Below, in pieces: positions 51,230 to 60,907 of a stretch of 64,000 nt of DNA. The notes beneath the pieces are model-generated. The model had not been told where the DNA came from. It saw nothing but the letters and a program-made list of their open reading frames with translations, and searched no databases. Both the position numbers and the translations under genes were made by a program. How positions within the stretch are numbered: the first letter of the stretch is position 1; every line of letters starts with the position of its first letter. The DNA comes from a bacterium (lineage in GTDB: Bacteria > UBA8248), in the NCBI GenBank assembly GCA_965213625.1, contig CBDBZU010000004.1, forward strand, positions 160,001 through 224,000, given 5' to 3'.

Positions 51230-51500
51230 GCGGTGGGCTGCGCCGGGTGGTCTGATCCGCCCGAAGCGGCGCCAGTCAGATGTCGACGACGAGAATGTGT
51301 CGGTCTCGGCTGTAGCGAGCCATGGATCAATATCCCCCACCTCGGCTTCCACCTCCTCGCGATCGTCCGCAGGCGCCTGCCCGGGGGCGCTATAGCGTCA
51401 CCCTCGTGCTCATCGAGACCTTCGTCGAGACGCCCCGCTACACCGGCACAGGGCTTCGGGGTGGATCCGCGTCGGTATGGACCAGGGACGTGGACGCTAG
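51230..51500 (+). pseudogene. DUF4338 (DruA-like, IS-associated) remnant
   Basis: Fragments PWINIPHLGFHLLAIVRRRLPG, VLIETFVETPRYTG, SGWIRVGMDQGRGR in shifting frames. Confidence 0.55.
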
Positions 51501-51504
51501 CAGC

Positions 51505-51631
51505 CTGTCTCTTACGCGCGCTCACGGCAAAGCTTCTTGAACGAACCTGTCGGTTGAGGAACCGAGTGCGTCAATCGCGCACGCTCGGGTCTGTGGGGGG
51601 CGGGGTGCAGAAATGCCCCCGCCTACCCGGC
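51505..51631 (+). mobile_element. Group II intron 3' remnant (domains V and VI)
   Basis: gaaccgagtgcg-tcaatcg-cgcacgctcgggtc DV-like hairpin, tgtggggg linker, DVI ggcggggtgca-gaaa-tgcccccgcc-tacccggc. Confidence 0.7.
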
Positions 51632-51835
51632 CCCCGACACGAACTTCCTAGTATACGCACGAGTTGTAATGAACCCGCTTTCGGCTTGATTATGGGTTGG
51701 GGAAGGTGAACTCCATCGGAAATAGATAACTGCAATTATATCAATTCCATAAATTGATTTCACTTCCGCTGGAAACCCCCACTGCCTGAAAACGGGCGCA
51801 ATAAGAAGTGGAGAGTGTAGTGCCCTTGAACAAAT

Positions 51836-52708
51836 CTAAAGAGCGGAGAAAAATTCCTCGTTTGGAGTAATGACCTCGACGGATTCCGTCTTTACGCCAA
51901 GTTCTAATTTCTTGAGCAACTCACATAGTTCAAGACCATCAATAAGGTCAATGGCCGGGGCACCGTCTCTAACCGCTTCTCGCTCCGCTTCTTTTGTGAA
52001 TCTTCCGGTGGTCATGAACAACCCCTTATCCGCGCGGCCAACCATCGCGCCCCTGAAATCTCGAATCGCGCCTGCGCCTACTGACTCTGTATATCTCTTG
52101 CATTGAAATCGTACATGAAACGAAAGGAGATTTACGCGCAAGACGCCAGCGCCATCTATGCCGCCATCGCCAGATTTTCCCGTCACCTCTACTTTCGTGA
52201 AACCGGACTCCCGAAGGATTCGCTGGCAGAGACGCTCAAAGGCATCAGGTTCAATGCTGCGAACAATATCGAGTAGCTTTTCTTGCCAACCCAATTCAGC
52301 TTCATCGATATCTTCTGCATCGTTGTTATCCCTTATTTGCACACCCTTAGCTTTTCGTTCACGCCGTTTCCTGTTTCGTTCTTCTCGATACTTACGAACG
52401 CGAGCGTGTAATTCACCTTCATCATGAATTTGGCGACCCTGTTCCGTAATCGTCCAAATACCCCTCGTGGTATTGTCAACCGCAAAGGTATACTTGAGAT
52501 GTGTACGCGCCCAGCCAAGACGATATTCAAATTCGGATTGAGTACCACCTTCTTTGTGTGGAAGTTCTAGGATTTCATCGGATAATTCCATATCGGACGC
52601 AATCTGCTCGGAAAGTTCCTGAATTGACGCGGAACCTCCTTTTGCTTTCAAAGCCTCAAGGGTTGGCCACAGCAAGTCATTATATTTTGGGATGTCGAGT
52701 TGCGTCAT
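51836..52708 (-). CDS. mrr: Mrr-family type IV restriction endonuclease
   Basis: Mrr_N (RLGWARTHLK) and DGGIDG..QCKRY catalytic motif, LIDG. Confidence 0.9.
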   Translation of the reverse strand: MTQLDIPKYNDLLWPTLEALKAKGGSASIQELSEQIASDMELSDEILELPHKEGGTQSEFEYRLGWARTHLKYTFAVDNTTRGIWTITEQGRQIHDEGELHARVRKYREERNRKRRERKAKGVQIRDNNDAEDIDEAELGWQEKLLDIVRSIEPDAFERLCQRILRESGFTKVEVTGKSGDGGIDGAGVLRVNLLSFHVRFQCKRYTESVGAGAIRDFRGAMVGRADKGLFMTTGRFTKEAEREAVRDGAPAIDLIDGLELCELLKKLELGVKTESVEVITPNEEFFSAL

Positions 52709-53170
52709 ACATGCTCCATTTCATTCGAGTTTAATCTTATGGGACGGGACAATCTTCTCCAAAGAGTTGGATCATATCGACGAACAAGGTCATGTTAAAT
52801 TCGATGAGAACACCAACGGTTTTGTTCTCTGGCGCAAGGATACGCGCAATGTGTTTGGTGTCAACAAAGGATACGTGCGAGGAATCTTTCCCGTCGATGA
52901 AGGTTGCCAGACTGCATGCAGCCTGTTCAACAACTGTTTTGCTATTCCACTATATGTGGTTGGTGGGGTTAAGCAACAGACGCAACGATATCAACGCAGA
53001 CGTTGCTCCAGGCGTAGCTGACCCCGCAATGGGCAATACCCTGGCTGTTTCAAGATTCAAAGAGGAAATAGAAAAGCTCTCGGAAAAACCGGACGAAGCA
53101 CAGCAAGAAACATGGACGAGTGAACGCAAATCAATGAATAGAGAAATTTGGTTTATTCTGGTCGGTTCGG

Positions 53171-53686
53171 GAGGGTGAAGTCCTAATCTTGCTGGAAAAT
53201 GAAGAGGGGTGCATCCTCGGCAGAGGAACCACGAAACCGTGCCGGTGAGCGCCGGCATCCAACCGGGGAGGCACCCCCTTGAGGAAGAGAATACAGGCAT
53301 CTATGCAGACACGCCAAGCCGCTTTCGGATCTGATCGAAGGCCGTCTGTCGAGTCCCGATGCGCGAGCCGACCTGGTGAAGATCGCCACACGACTCATCG
53401 TGGAGGAAGCGCTGGAGGCGGAGAGCCGCGACGCTCTCGGTCGGGAGTACTACGAGCATGGAGCGAAGCCCGGCCAGGGCTATCGTAACGGACACCGCCG
53501 GGGTCGTCTGAAGACAGCGGAAGGGTTCGTCGGGTGCGCGGCGCCTCAGATTGCCGGGCGCGAGTATGGGTTCCGCTCGGAGATCCGGGAGGGCCTCAAG
53601 GGGCGCACCGAGGCGCTCGAAAGGTTGGCGGTGGAGCTTCTGGCGCGCGGCCTGTCGGTGCGCGACATCGAAGACGTCTTCACCCC
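53171..53686 (+). mobile_element. IS256-family remnant (left end and frameshifted 5' part of transposase)
   Basis: EEALEAE, GYRNGH..RLKTAEG, ARGLSVRDIE; frameshift near 53320; truncated. Confidence 0.75.
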
Positions 53687-53770
53687 CAGGCCGAGCGCCA
53701 CGCCGAGCACGCCGCCGACGACTGTCAGGATGACGGATTCGATCAGGAACTGGCTCCTTATGCTGGCGAG
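53685..53770 (-). pseudogene. MacB/FtsX-type ABC permease fragment
   Basis: IRSQFLIESVILTVVGGVLGVALG. Confidence 0.55.
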
Positions 53771-54061
53771 CCACAGTCGGCGCATGGTACGGGGAGCGCC
53801 ACCCCGGACTCAATCTTGCCCCCAAGCAAACGGGCCACTGGAGGTAGCCTTGTATCTTTACGCCCCGTCGGCCCGCCCGGCGGTTCTTGCGCCAGTTCCG
53901 AACCGGTCGGGAATACGGGCAAATCGATGCTTCTGATTTAGCACTCGACATGTAGTGCGAAGCGCACTACGTTACCCTTTGAAATCTCAACTTGAAACCA
54001 TGAATGGAGAGGCCCCGGCGGCAACCGAGACCTCCCCCGGAAAATGCAAAGGGAGTATTCC

Positions 54062-55573
54062 ATGCTCAAAAATCGCTTCTATGTGCTTGCTCTATGTGTT
54101 TTCCTCGTTGCGTGCGGTGGTGGAGGTGGTTCGAGTTCAACGCATATGCCGCCTTCCATTGTTCCCGATCATCTTCCCTTCCCGTTCCGGGGGCGTAGTA
54201 ATCAGCATTACGACACTTCCATGATTCCAAAGAAAACTTCATCTGATGCTCGACATATGCCCATCTACCATGACGGAACTTATGATGCGCAAGGTGGATA
54301 CCCGACAAGCCCTGAGGCTCGTGAGCGCAGGTTGTTTGTCGGTATCGACCAAGGCGAGAGCGTCGCAAGGTTGCCGATTGTGAGAAATCGCGGCGATGTA
54401 GAGGTAAGGCATGGGAGATTAAACGATGGTATGGGGAGCGATGTAGTGGTTGATTACATCAGCGGCTCCATTGATCCACCTCAGTTTCTAAGGTCAGGCT
54501 CACGCTACAATACAAGCCCTGCAGTGCGACTGATTGGGCCAGCCGACGGACGCGATTTGGATATCGTCATCGCTGCAGTTCAGGTGGTAAACGCTGCGCT
54601 ACCAGAATCGGCGAAGATGCGCGTGGGCCCATCATTACCGAATTTCAGTTTACGGCATACCGTGAATAGCGGAGGGCGTTACTTCACGTCAGGTGAGGAG
54701 CGAGACAATACTATCCATATCGAGTTCCTTCAGGCAGGTGAATACTTCGGCCACGGCAATTCAGGCGCTACCACGTGGAGCAATTTCTCTGGAAGCAGGG
54801 TCAGGAACTCATACATCCAATTTGACAAGGGAGCACCCGTTTATCAGGACTCTACAGACCGGCGTTCCGTTATCCTTATGGCGCATGAAATAATCCACGC
54901 GCTTGGTTTCTATGGCGGAGGTCACGTCTCGCCTGAATTTGACACAATAATGGAAGCAACGAACAATATCTATTCAATCGCGCAGGGCAAACCGCAGCCA
55001 ATGTCGATTCTCTATCCCGTGGATCGTGAAGCCCTGCAAGCCTACTATCGACACCTTGGAAACGGATTGCGCCCAGAATCACTCGGCCCATGGACAAGCA
55101 CGTCCATTCACATACATGGCAACGGCCCACACGCGGGCTTTGGTGTCGCATTGAGAAACGGCTACGCTGAGCCGTGGGCTTACGGCTATATGCCAGATAC
55201 CGACCTTGCTGCAAACCGCTCACTTTCCGGCTCTGTCAGTTGGATAGGCACAATTCTCGGCCTTACGCCCAATGCGGCTTCTGTCGCGGGAGACGCCGAA
55301 ATAGGCGTGAATCTTGGAACTTTGACTGGCTATGCTGATTTCAGGAACCTCGAAACGTGGGGCAACGGGCTTGCCCCTGGGGAAACCGGAACCGGGACGC
55401 AGTGGCTCGACGGCGACCTCGGTTATTCTATCGCCGTGCGCGGCAACACATTCAAACAGACTGTCGGAGATGAGGGAATCATCACCGGGATATTTGTGGG
55501 CCGAAGCCATGAAGGCGCGGCAGGAACGCTTGAGCGCCAAGACCTTACTGCGGCATTTGGCGCATCAAGGTAG
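54062..55573 (+). CDS. Lipoprotein with HExxH zinc-metallopeptidase motif and TbpB-like C-terminal barrel
   Basis: Lipobox LVAC+GGGGGSS; AHEIIHALG..GH; C-terminal AAGTL...TAAFGASR. Confidence 0.75.
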   Translation: MLKNRFYVLALCVFLVACGGGGGSSSTHMPPSIVPDHLPFPFRGRSNQHYDTSMIPKKTSSDARHMPIYHDGTYDAQGGYPTSPEARERRLFVGIDQGESVARLPIVRNRGDVEVRHGRLNDGMGSDVVVDYISGSIDPPQFLRSGSRYNTSPAVRLIGPADGRDLDIVIAAVQVVNAALPESAKMRVGPSLPNFSLRHTVNSGGRYFTSGEERDNTIHIEFLQAGEYFGHGNSGATTWSNFSGSRVRNSYIQFDKGAPVYQDSTDRRSVILMAHEIIHALGFYGGGHVSPEFDTIMEATNNIYSIAQGKPQPMSILYPVDREALQAYYRHLGNGLRPESLGPWTSTSIHIHGNGPHAGFGVALRNGYAEPWAYGYMPDTDLAANRSLSGSVSWIGTILGLTPNAASVAGDAEIGVNLGTLTGYADFRNLETWGNGLAPGETGTGTQWLDGDLGYSIAVRGNTFKQTVGDEGIITGIFVGRSHEGAAGTLERQDLTAAFGASR

Positions 55574-55630
55574 TTCAACTATTTCTTCAACGAGCGTGTT
55601 ACGATTGAGATAGTTGACTAGGAGAATATT

Positions 55631-55831
55631 ATGGCTAAAGAAGATGTGTATAACCGATGGAATACGCCAGGTCCATTCATGCAAGACGAGGACCTTACGC
55701 CAGAACAGATAAGGAAATCTGATCTTATGATGAAAGCCACGAAGTTGGCGTACGAAGGAGATTATACCTTGGGGGTAGAGGTTGGTATTTTTCCTAAGTC
55801 AGCATTGAAGAGAAACAAAAAATCAAATTAG
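55631..55831 (+). CDS. Small hypothetical protein, paralog of 56924-57112
   Basis: RBS aggag; shared NR.N..GPF.Q...LTPEQI...KA..LA..GD..LGVE.G.F. Confidence 0.7.
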   Translation: MAKEDVYNRWNTPGPFMQDEDLTPEQIRKSDLMMKATKLAYEGDYTLGVEVGIFPKSALKRNKKSN

Positions 55832-55891
55832 CAGCGCTGCTAATTTGCCAGTCTTTACGCCCCCGTTTCAATATGCAATTATCCTCCCGCT

Positions 55892-56298
55892 ATGTTTGAC
55901 CGGATGAAGGAATACATACAGCGAGCCTACAAGGGCATCGGCACGGGAACGGGAGGCGCACGCCCTATGGGTGGCCTCTCGAACGCCATGTCCGGTCTTG
56001 GCGGTCCTGCGGATAAAGCAAGAAATACTTTCTTCAAACCTACGCATATCTACTGGCGCAATCCTCTTGAAATTCTGTACGTCCAGTCATGGGCCGCAAA
56101 GAAAGCAATCGACATTCCGGTTGATGATGCTTTCCTTAAATGGCGCACGTGGTCGGACGAAGATGATACAGGCTCTGCCGAGAAGATAGAAGATGCGGAG
56201 AATAAGCATAAGGTGCAGGAAGCGCTTAGGATGACGATGAAGCAGGCGTCGGCATACGGAACGGGATGCCTGCTCATTATGTCTACCGAGGCACCGCA
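55892..56298 (+). pseudogene. DUF1073-type phage portal N-terminal fragment (copy 1)
   Basis: LSNAMSGLG..DK, LEILYVQSWAAKKAIDIPVDDA, YGTG; truncated. Confidence 0.7.
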
Positions 56299-56433
56299 AC
56301 AAACGCTACAGAAAGCGAGGTCATCCTAACGCCCGATACAAAATATAGGGTTTTGAAAATAGTTAAGGTGGCCAAGGACAAAATAAGTCATTATGGATTC
56401 GCAGAACGTATTATACTTGAGGCACTTGAATGA
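56299..56433 (+). pseudogene. ADP-ribosyltransferase C-terminal fragment (ExE variant)
   Basis: TNATESEVILTPDTKYRVLKIVKVAKDKISHYGFAERIILEALE*, homologous to the end of 56393-56905. Confidence 0.75.
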
Positions 56434-56905
56434 TCAACGAAAACGAAATAAGGGTTTGTCTCAATACACGTGGGGTGAAAAAATCGCTAATGATACGCAT
56501 GAACAATTGAATGGATCACTTCGAAATAATAAGAAATTAACTGGACGACTTAAGGACATAAACGATAGTTTGTATGAACTTGCAAAGCCACTTAATAAAG
56601 AAATGAGATTATTTAGAGGGGAAGTGGAATTAACTGATATTGAAGTGGGGAAATTACACTCCTTGGACCAGTGGACTTCAACATCAACGTCACCCAGCAT
56701 GGCCCGATCTTCTGCGGATAATGGAAGGATTTATGATATAGTTACGGAGAAAAATACAAAAGGAATAATCACAAATGCTGCTCAAATGGAGGTCATTTTA
56801 AGACCCGATACAAAATATAGAGTCTTGGAAATACAAAAGGTGCCTAAAGATAAAATAAATCGCTATGGATTTGCGGAACGTGTTATAATTGAAGTAGTTG
56901 AGTGA
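56393..56905 (+). CDS. VIP2/C3-like ADP-ribosyltransferase domain (R-S-E clade); true start uncertain
   Basis: LSQYT..LNGSLR, LFRG, WTSTSTS, QMEVIL. Confidence 0.78.
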   Translation: MDSQNVLYLRHLNDQRKRNKGLSQYTWGEKIANDTHEQLNGSLRNNKKLTGRLKDINDSLYELAKPLNKEMRLFRGEVELTDIEVGKLHSLDQWTSTSTSPSMARSSADNGRIYDIVTEKNTKGIITNAAQMEVILRPDTKYRVLEIQKVPKDKINRYGFAERVIIEVVE

Positions 56906-56923
56906 ATATAAAAAGAGATAGAT

Positions 56924-57112
56924 ATGAGCGATAAAGGAACAAATAGGTTCAATAATTCCGGTCCATTCTTGCAAAGGAGAGGCTTGACGCCAGAGCAGAT
57001 AAAAGGAGTTAAGCTTCAAAATAAAGCATTCGATCTAGCGGATAAGGGAGATTTCAGGCTTGGGGTAGAGCTTGGACTTTTCCGTGAATCAAGACTAGAG
57101 AAAAATGATTAG
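56924..57112 (+). CDS. Small hypothetical protein following the ART, candidate immunity protein
   Basis: Paralog of 55631-55831, directly after the ART stop. Confidence 0.7.
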   Translation: MSDKGTNRFNNSGPFLQRRGLTPEQIKGVKLQNKAFDLADKGDFRLGVELGLFRESRLEKND

Positions 57113-57182
57113 TTCAAATTAGCAGTTCTGCTAATTTACCCATCGTTACGCCCCCGTTTCAATATGCAATCATCCTCCTGCT

Positions 57183-57680
57183 ATGTTTGATCGAATGAAG
57201 GAATACATACAGCGGGCCTACAAGGGCATCGGCACGGGAACGGGAGGCGCACGCCCTATGGGTGGCCTCTCAAACGCCATGTCCGGTCTTGGCGGTCCTG
57301 CGGATAAAGCGCGAAATACTTTCTTCAAACCTACACATATCTACTGGCGCAATCCTCTCGAGATTATGTAAGTCCAGTCATGGGCTGCCAAGAAAGCAAT
57401 CGACATTCCGGTGGATGACGCATTCCTGAAATGGCGTGTCTGGTCGGATGAAGAGGATACCGGTTCTGCCGAGAAGATGGAAGATGCGGAGAATAAGCAC
57501 AACATCCAGGAAGCGCTTGCTATGGGCATGAAGCAGGCGTCGGCGTATGGGACGGGATGCCTGCTTATGATGTCCACCGAAGCACCGCTTACCGAGCCGT
57601 TGGAAATCGACCGCATCAAGTCTGGCGATCTCAAATCACCTCAAAGGTACGACAAGTTCGATATGAGCGTCATTGATTAG
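57183..57680 (+). pseudogene. DUF1073-type phage portal N-terminal fragment (copy 2)
   Basis: Diverged repeat of 55892-56298; TAC to TAA stop at 57369-57371; truncated. Confidence 0.7.
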
Positions 57681-57779
57681 GGGATTATGCAGGAAAGTGC
57701 CAGCGGGGCTATTCGTTGGTGAAATCCACCTTGATGCGCTTTCCCCGGCCGGTGCGCGCGTCTCAATCTCTCGTGCGTT

Positions 57780-58075
57780 CCGCCCGTTGACCTCCTGGTC
57801 GTAGAGCTTGAGCTTGAAGACCTCCGGGTCTTCTTCCTCGCTGTCGTCGATCGTGTCCACATAGACCTTCTGCTCCTTGACCCCCGAGTTGAAGGTCACG
57901 GTTCCGGTGGTCTCTTCGTAATCCTCGCCCTTCACGGCCGCGCCGTCTTGCGTCTTGTACTTGTAGCGCACCGCCCAGCCGTTCAGCGCCGCCCCGAGCT
58001 TGACCGTGAACTCCATCGTGTCGCCCTCGGTTGCGCCGGCGTCCGCGCCAAGCGCGGCGCACACCGCCAGCACAA
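57780..58075 (-). pseudogene. Calx-beta domain fragment fused to the IS1182 remnant
   Basis: TQDGAAVKGEDY..TVTF..DTIDDSEEEDPEVFKLKL. Confidence 0.65.
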
Positions 58076-59397
58076 CACTTTCGAGACCGCGCAGGAGGAA
58101 CTGCCGGAAGCCCATCGCCCGCTTGACGATGCCGAACACCGGCTCCACCGTCTGGCGGCGCAGGCGATAACGGGCGCGCTCTTCAGGCAGCGCCATCTTC
58201 GCGCGCATCGCCGCATTCCACTCCGCCCGAACCGCCGGACCCGGCCGGGGCGCCACCGGGGGCCGGAAGTCGTGCCGACGGCGTCGCCCTTCGGCTTCCG
58301 TGGACACCAGCACCTCGGTACCCCGTCCCTCGAGTTCTTCCACCTCGCTGCCCGTCGCGTAGCCGCTGTCCGCCAGAACCCCGCGCCGGAGCGCCAACCC
58401 CAGGCGGGACCGCGTCCACTTCCGCCAACAATTTCCGGCGGTCGCTCGCGTTGTTGCTCACCTGCGCACCCAACACCAACTGGCTGCCCTCGGCATCCAC
58501 CACCGCCTGCGTGTTGTACGCCTGACGGTACTCGTGCCGCTTACTCTTGCGCATCAAGGCGCTGTCCCCATCCGTCAGGTTGATCTGCCGCCCCTCTTCG
58601 GGCTCCTCACGCGGAGGCTTGATGCGCGGACCCTTGCTCCGGCCCCTACGACGCTCCCGAGACGCCACCTTGCGATCATGTTCCGCCCGACCCGCATCGG
58701 CCGCCGTTTTCGCCCGGCGCTCCAACTCCGCGCACGCCTCGTCCAGCTTCGATTTCAACTCTTCGCGCCGCGCCAACTCCTCTGGCAGCGCCTGCGGGTC
58801 CGCCACCTCCTGCGCATCTTCGCTCTCCGCCCGCTCCTGCAACTCCTCGATCTCTGCGCGCAATTGCTCCCGCAACGCCTGCGCACGGTCATACCGGATG
58901 TTTTTGTGATTGTTCGCGTCCACACTCACCATCCCGACTCGCAACAGCTTCAACTCCTTCGCCAACAGCAGAACCTGCTCGAACGTCTCCGCTACTGCCT
59001 TGAAGTTCTTCCGGCGGAACGCTCAGATCGTGTCGTGGTCCGGGTGAGTGTTCGACGCCACGTACCGTACCCCGATATCACGGTACGTCGCGCGCTCGAT
59101 ACGCCGCGAACCGAATATCCCGTTCGCATAGCAGTAAATCAGTAGCGCAAGCATCGTCCGGGGGTGGTACTGCACCGAAACCGTGCCGCGCTCGTTCACA
59201 CGGAATGCCCCCAGAGGGACACGTTCCACCGCCTCCACTACAAAGTGCGCCAGATCGTCCTCCGGAAGCCAATCCCGCATGTCCACAGGCAGCAGATACA
59301 ACTGCGACTGATCTCTTTCCACAAACTTCGCCACCCCAAGACCCTCCATAGATATATGGAGGATTATAAAAGACAGGGTCTAAGTCCGACAGGCTGT
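58075..59397 (-). mobile_element. IS1182-family element, inactivated transposase
   Basis: DWLPEDDLAHFV, GIFGSRRIE, PDHDTI*AFRR, AYNTQAVVD, LADSGY, RRQTVEPVFG; stop, deletion and frameshift; end cagcctgtcggacttag. Confidence 0.85.
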
Positions 59398-60307
59398 TGA
59401 TGCGGTTGTTTCTCGATGAGGAGTTACTGTCCCCTAAGATTGTTCAGGCTCTGAACGCCGAGGGGATTCATGTTGCTCTGCATCCGCGCGACTTCGGTGG
59501 GTTGGGGGCATCAGCTCTTATATAAGATGAAAGTCGATGTCGATACGCCGCCTATGCAGCGCAAGTGCTTAAAGATTCTGCCGATTTGTATAGGGGCGAT
59601 CGCTTTGGGCTGGTTCAGTAATGTTCTCACAGGATACCGAACTCCCGCAGTTCTGGGGCTGCCATCACGGCCCGGATAACGATTACGCGGTTGCCCGCGA
59701 CAGGCGCACCCTTGGATACGCAGGCGTTGTAACGAATCCGCTTGCGGTTTGATTACGGGTTATGGAGGGTGGATCTCGGAGACTCGGTGAAAGAAAATGA
59801 TATCAATATGTTAGATGGATATGTGTCCAATCGAAACGAGTGGATGCACCTGATTTACCGAATAACCCCGTGTATTTATCGAATTTTTCAGAAATTCCAT
59901 ATCTCTGGATGAAGCGACCGGCTCCGCCATCATACCCGCTCTCTCCCCCGCTCCCGCCACCGCAGCTGCGGGCAAATGCGCGCGCCCGCCTTGTGGAAAC
60001 CGAAGCCGGACTCCCCACCGAGTGGAAATCGCATCGCACGCAAACCGCTCAGGATACGCCCGCCCGCCTCTTCTCCCGCGACGGCAAATGCGGGCAAATG
60101 CGACGGATGAAAGGGTTGTTGAGAAAGTACAACAAAGGAGTCTTGCAGGTTTTGTAGCGGACAGGCCCCTGCGCCTGTCTGGGGCCTCCGTGCCTGTCCT
60201 GATTGTAACCATCCTGCAAAAGGACAACCACGGAGGGTTGTCCCTACACCCCCGCGCGTCGAACCCTCTCTCCCCAGTCGGCTCCATACGCCGAATTTCG
60301 AATTTGA

Positions 60308-60398
60308 GGCATTTTCAACAGCCCCCTCAAGGGGGAGTGACCTTCAAAAGCATTCGCGCTATCCAAATTCGCTTGCCGGGACTTTTTCAACAGCCCCT
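60308..60398. repeat. Partial copies of the TGTTGAAAA / cactcccccttgaggg repeat family
   Basis: ttttcaacagcccc twice and ccctcaagggggagtga. Confidence 0.65.
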
Positions 60399-60907
60399 GA
60401 ATGGGTCGCCTTTCCCTCACCCTGAGTAGCGGCGAAGAGGTCTCTTCCAACAACCCTCATTCGGGTCGTTGCCGTACTTTCCGTAAGAACGCAGGGGTTC
60501 CCCCACCTGCGGCTCGGCATTTTCATTCTCCCGCAGGCCGTAGCGGCAACAGGCCCCGGCGCCCGCCCCTCGTCTTCCCCCGGAGGGTGTCGGCGGGGCC
60601 GATTCAATTCTCTTGACACGCAATCGTCCATGCCACAAGCTGTACATGCGACACATTATCACGGGTATGGGAATGCGTTGGGGCTCCCCCTCGTCCGGGG
60701 TCCGTACCGTCTGGACAAATTCCCTTCATTCCATATACCGGCCCGCGCGCCGACGGGCGCGCGGCGGCGCAGCTTGCGGCTCGCGTGCGAGCGCAGGCCG
60801 GGTCCGCGCGTGCGGAATGCGCCCTGGCGCGGACTTCTCCCGTGATACCGATCATCGCGAGGAATGGAACGGTTCTTTTGTAAGTCCAGGAATACGGGGG
60901 TAGCGAA

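Noticed and set aside
51064-51525. N-terminal extension of hsdR in the 941-aa ORF call
   Set aside because: Overlaps DUF4338 and intron remnants on the other strand; HsdR similarity begins at LDKKSLTEQD
52710-53170. Short ORFs upstream of mrr
   Set aside because: No recognisable motif or consistent frame; cannot support a call
53855-53868. tctttacgccccgt resembling the spacer upstream of the portal copies
   Set aside because: Only about 14 nt with an indel; may be chance
55892-57680. Portal fragments as anti-CBASS Acb1
   Set aside because: Only the DUF1073 portal-like N-terminus is present; no HxT/S phosphoesterase motifs seen
59023-59025. TGA at a Cys-like position of the IS1182 transposase (HDTI*AFRR) as selenocysteine
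   Set aside because: The gene also has an apparent deletion near the first catalytic Asp and a frameshift near 58400; ordinary decay
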